A model generated the notes under the pieces. It saw only the letters and a list, made by a program, of their open reading frames with translations. It did no database searches and was not told the DNA's origin. Made by a program: the position numbers and the translations under genes. Shown one piece after another: positions 61,970 through 64,000 of a stretch of DNA of 64,000 nucleotides (position 1 is its first letter; each line of letters begins with the position of its first letter). The DNA is from a candidate division FCPU426 bacterium (lineage in GTDB: Bacteria > Oederibacteriota > Muellerivitia > Muellerivitales > Muellerivitaceae), in assembly GCA_963796105.1 (NCBI GenBank), contig CAWCKJ010000006.1, forward strand, positions 160,001 through 224,000, in the 5' to 3' direction.

Positions 61970-63306
61970 AAATTTTAGTCATTGACGATGAAAAATCCAT
62001 GCATGTTTCCATGGTCCCTTTTTTCAGGGATGGTGGGCATGTGGTGGAAAGCGCCTTCACTGGGTCGGAGGGAAGCGAGAAAGCGGAAAAATTCCGGCCC
62101 GACCTAATTCTCCTGGATCTTTACCTGCCGGACGGAAACGGATTGGATCTCTTGGGACAATTCCGGACCCGATTCCCAAACTCGTCGGTCATCATCATGA
62201 CGGCCGCCGCGGGGGTAAAAACAGCGGTGGATGCCATCAAGGCCGGGGCTGAGGATTACCTGCAGAAACCCCTCAATTTGGACGATCTTCAAATTGTCCT
62301 GGCGAGATACGAGAAAAAACAAGGGCTGGTGGAGGAAGTGACGGCCCTGAAAAAATATCTCCAGGACCAGTTCGCCAACGAATATCTCTATCTGCCTGAT
62401 CCCGCTATGCGTGATGTTTACGGGCGCATCGAGCAGTTGTCCCAGCAGGACCAAGTGTCGGCCTTGATCCTGGGGGAAACCGGGACCGGAAAAGAGCACG
62501 TGGCCAAGCTGATCCACTTTCTTTCCGGCCGAAAGGCGAAGCCTTTCGTGGAGCTTCATTGCGGCGCCTTGCCGGAAACGCTTATGGAATCGGAACTCTT
62601 TGGCTATGAAGCCGGCGCCTTCACGGACGCCCGCAAACAGAAACTGGGACTATTCGAGGCGGCCCATGGAGGAAGCATATTCCTGGACGAGGTGGGTGAG
62701 ATGCCGCTTTCCACCCAAGCCAAGCTGTTGAAGGTCCTAGAGGAAAAAAAATTGCGCCGTTTGGGAAGCGTGAAGGAAATCCAGCTTGATGTCCGCGTGA
62801 TCGCGGCTACAAACCGGGATCTGGAGAAGGAAAGCCGTGAGGGTAGATTCCGCCTTGATCTTTACTACCGATTAAACGTCATTCCATTGACCCTGCCCCC
62901 CTTGAGAGGCCGGTCCAAAGACATCGCCGAATTGGCCAGGTTTTTTTGGGCCGAAGCCTGCAGGGTTTACAACCGAAAACTCGAGCCCCTTCAGGAAAAA
63001 ATCCTTCGGAAGTTTGAATCTTATACTTGGCCAGGGAACGTCCGGGAATTGAAAAACGTGGTGAACAGGATGGTTTTGTGCTGCAAAGGAAGCCGAGTGG
63101 GCTTGGAGGATGTTCCTGAGGAGATTAGGGTTGTTGGCGCGTCCCCGGTTATATCTCCCCAAGGTGTCTTTCAAAAGGTGGACGATGAAAAAGGGAATTT
63201 GGAGCAAGCCCTTCAACAATTTAAATGGAACAAGACTAAGACCGCTGAATTTCTCGGAGTCACTCGAAAAACGCTATTTAATAAGATGAAAAAGCACGGA
63301 CTCTAA
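61966..63306 (+). CDS. Sigma54-dependent NtrC-family response regulator
   Basis: REC, GETGTGKE, GAFTDA, WPGNVREL, Fis-type HTH. Confidence 0.95.
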   Translation: MKILVIDDEKSMHVSMVPFFRDGGHVVESAFTGSEGSEKAEKFRPDLILLDLYLPDGNGLDLLGQFRTRFPNSSVIIMTAAAGVKTAVDAIKAGAEDYLQKPLNLDDLQIVLARYEKKQGLVEEVTALKKYLQDQFANEYLYLPDPAMRDVYGRIEQLSQQDQVSALILGETGTGKEHVAKLIHFLSGRKAKPFVELHCGALPETLMESELFGYEAGAFTDARKQKLGLFEAAHGGSIFLDEVGEMPLSTQAKLLKVLEEKKLRRLGSVKEIQLDVRVIAATNRDLEKESREGRFRLDLYYRLNVIPLTLPPLRGRSKDIAELARFFWAEACRVYNRKLEPLQEKILRKFESYTWPGNVRELKNVVNRMVLCCKGSRVGLEDVPEEIRVVGASPVISPQGVFQKVDDEKGNLEQALQQFKWNKTKTAEFLGVTRKTLFNKMKKHGL

Positions 63307-63348
63307 ATTTAAAATTCATCTAGTCTAATTTTAAATGCCTCTCCAAAC

Positions 63349-64000
63349 GGTACCTGTTGAAATAAAGGAATACAGGAGTATACTCATTGTTGGAGGGGCA
63401 AATTATGAACTACCAACGGATGAAGGGGATTGAGATTTTCAAGGAAATCGATACAGAAGAAAAGGCACGTCAATGGGTGTGGAAGAGCCGTTTTGCCGGA
63501 AAAGACTTTGTTTGCCCACAATGTGAAGGAGAAAGTTTCTGGCAACACAAAAACCGCCCCGAAGTGCGGGAATGTGACTATTGTCGAAAGCAAATACGGC
63601 TTCGAGCCGGAACGATCTTCCGGAAATCCAAGATCCCAATCTTAACCTGGTTGAGGATGATTGGATTGGTGATGCAAGGGAAAAGGGGCATTTCAGCCCT
63701 GGAACTTCAGCGGCAATTGGGAATGCCCTCCTACGATACCGTTTGGAGGATGTTGCATAAGATTCGGGAAAGTCTTCGACAAAGGGATGAAAATTACCAA
63801 CTCAAGGAAATCATTGAGTTGGATGGGGCTGTATTCGGCAAGAGAGAAAAGGAAAACCAGGCTGAAGTGCTGGTGGCGGTTGAAAGCAAAGAATGGATAG
63901 ATGAGAAAGGGCGCAAAAAAGAGAAAGCGGGTTTTGCAAAGATAAAGGTGACCGCAGAAACCAAGTGGGAAGCCCAAGCATTCGTCGATCAAGCAATCCA
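63349..64000 (+). mobile_element. IS1595-family element; transposase starts at 63405 (partial)
   Basis: Manual translation: CPQC..CDYC Zn ribbon, AGTIF, GISALELQRQLG, MLHKIR, IELDG. Left boundary approximate. Confidence 0.88.

Overview
Bacterial chromosomal window, moderately GC-rich. (1) 1-20 kb and 52-55 kb: secreted glycan-degrading enzymes (three GH12-like, one GH74, one GH44, one IgGFc-binding-type protein). They have Thr/Pro/Ser linkers of up to roughly 900 aa, and five share a C-terminal YPNP/WPNP...LANG.YY...LI[LF][RN] sorting-like domain. A TMTC-like GT-C/TPR protein lies inside the cluster, and an IS4 element sits at the likely transcription start of the first GH12. (2) 24.3-30.8 kb: an integron-like cassette array. 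Single genes and four toxin-antitoxin modules are separated by 13 co-oriented copies of TCCCCRTCRTGGACAA, usually the 3' arm of an imperfect hairpin. There is no attC core and no integrase. This is the strongest candidate for an undescribed system. (3) 32.9-40.5 kb: modular hairpin repeats, a 12x53-bp tandem array, two truncated RAYT (HUH Y1) transposases bounded by GGGGTCAGGCC motifs, low-GC cargo, and a TA module with a dead toxin between direct repeats. (4) 39-64 kb: two-component systems, comM/yifB, ffh, rpe, TPR and transglutaminase-like proteins, an 8-PAS kinase with an NtrC-type regulator, and the start of an IS1595 element. All family assignments come from reading motifs by eye; no database searches were run.
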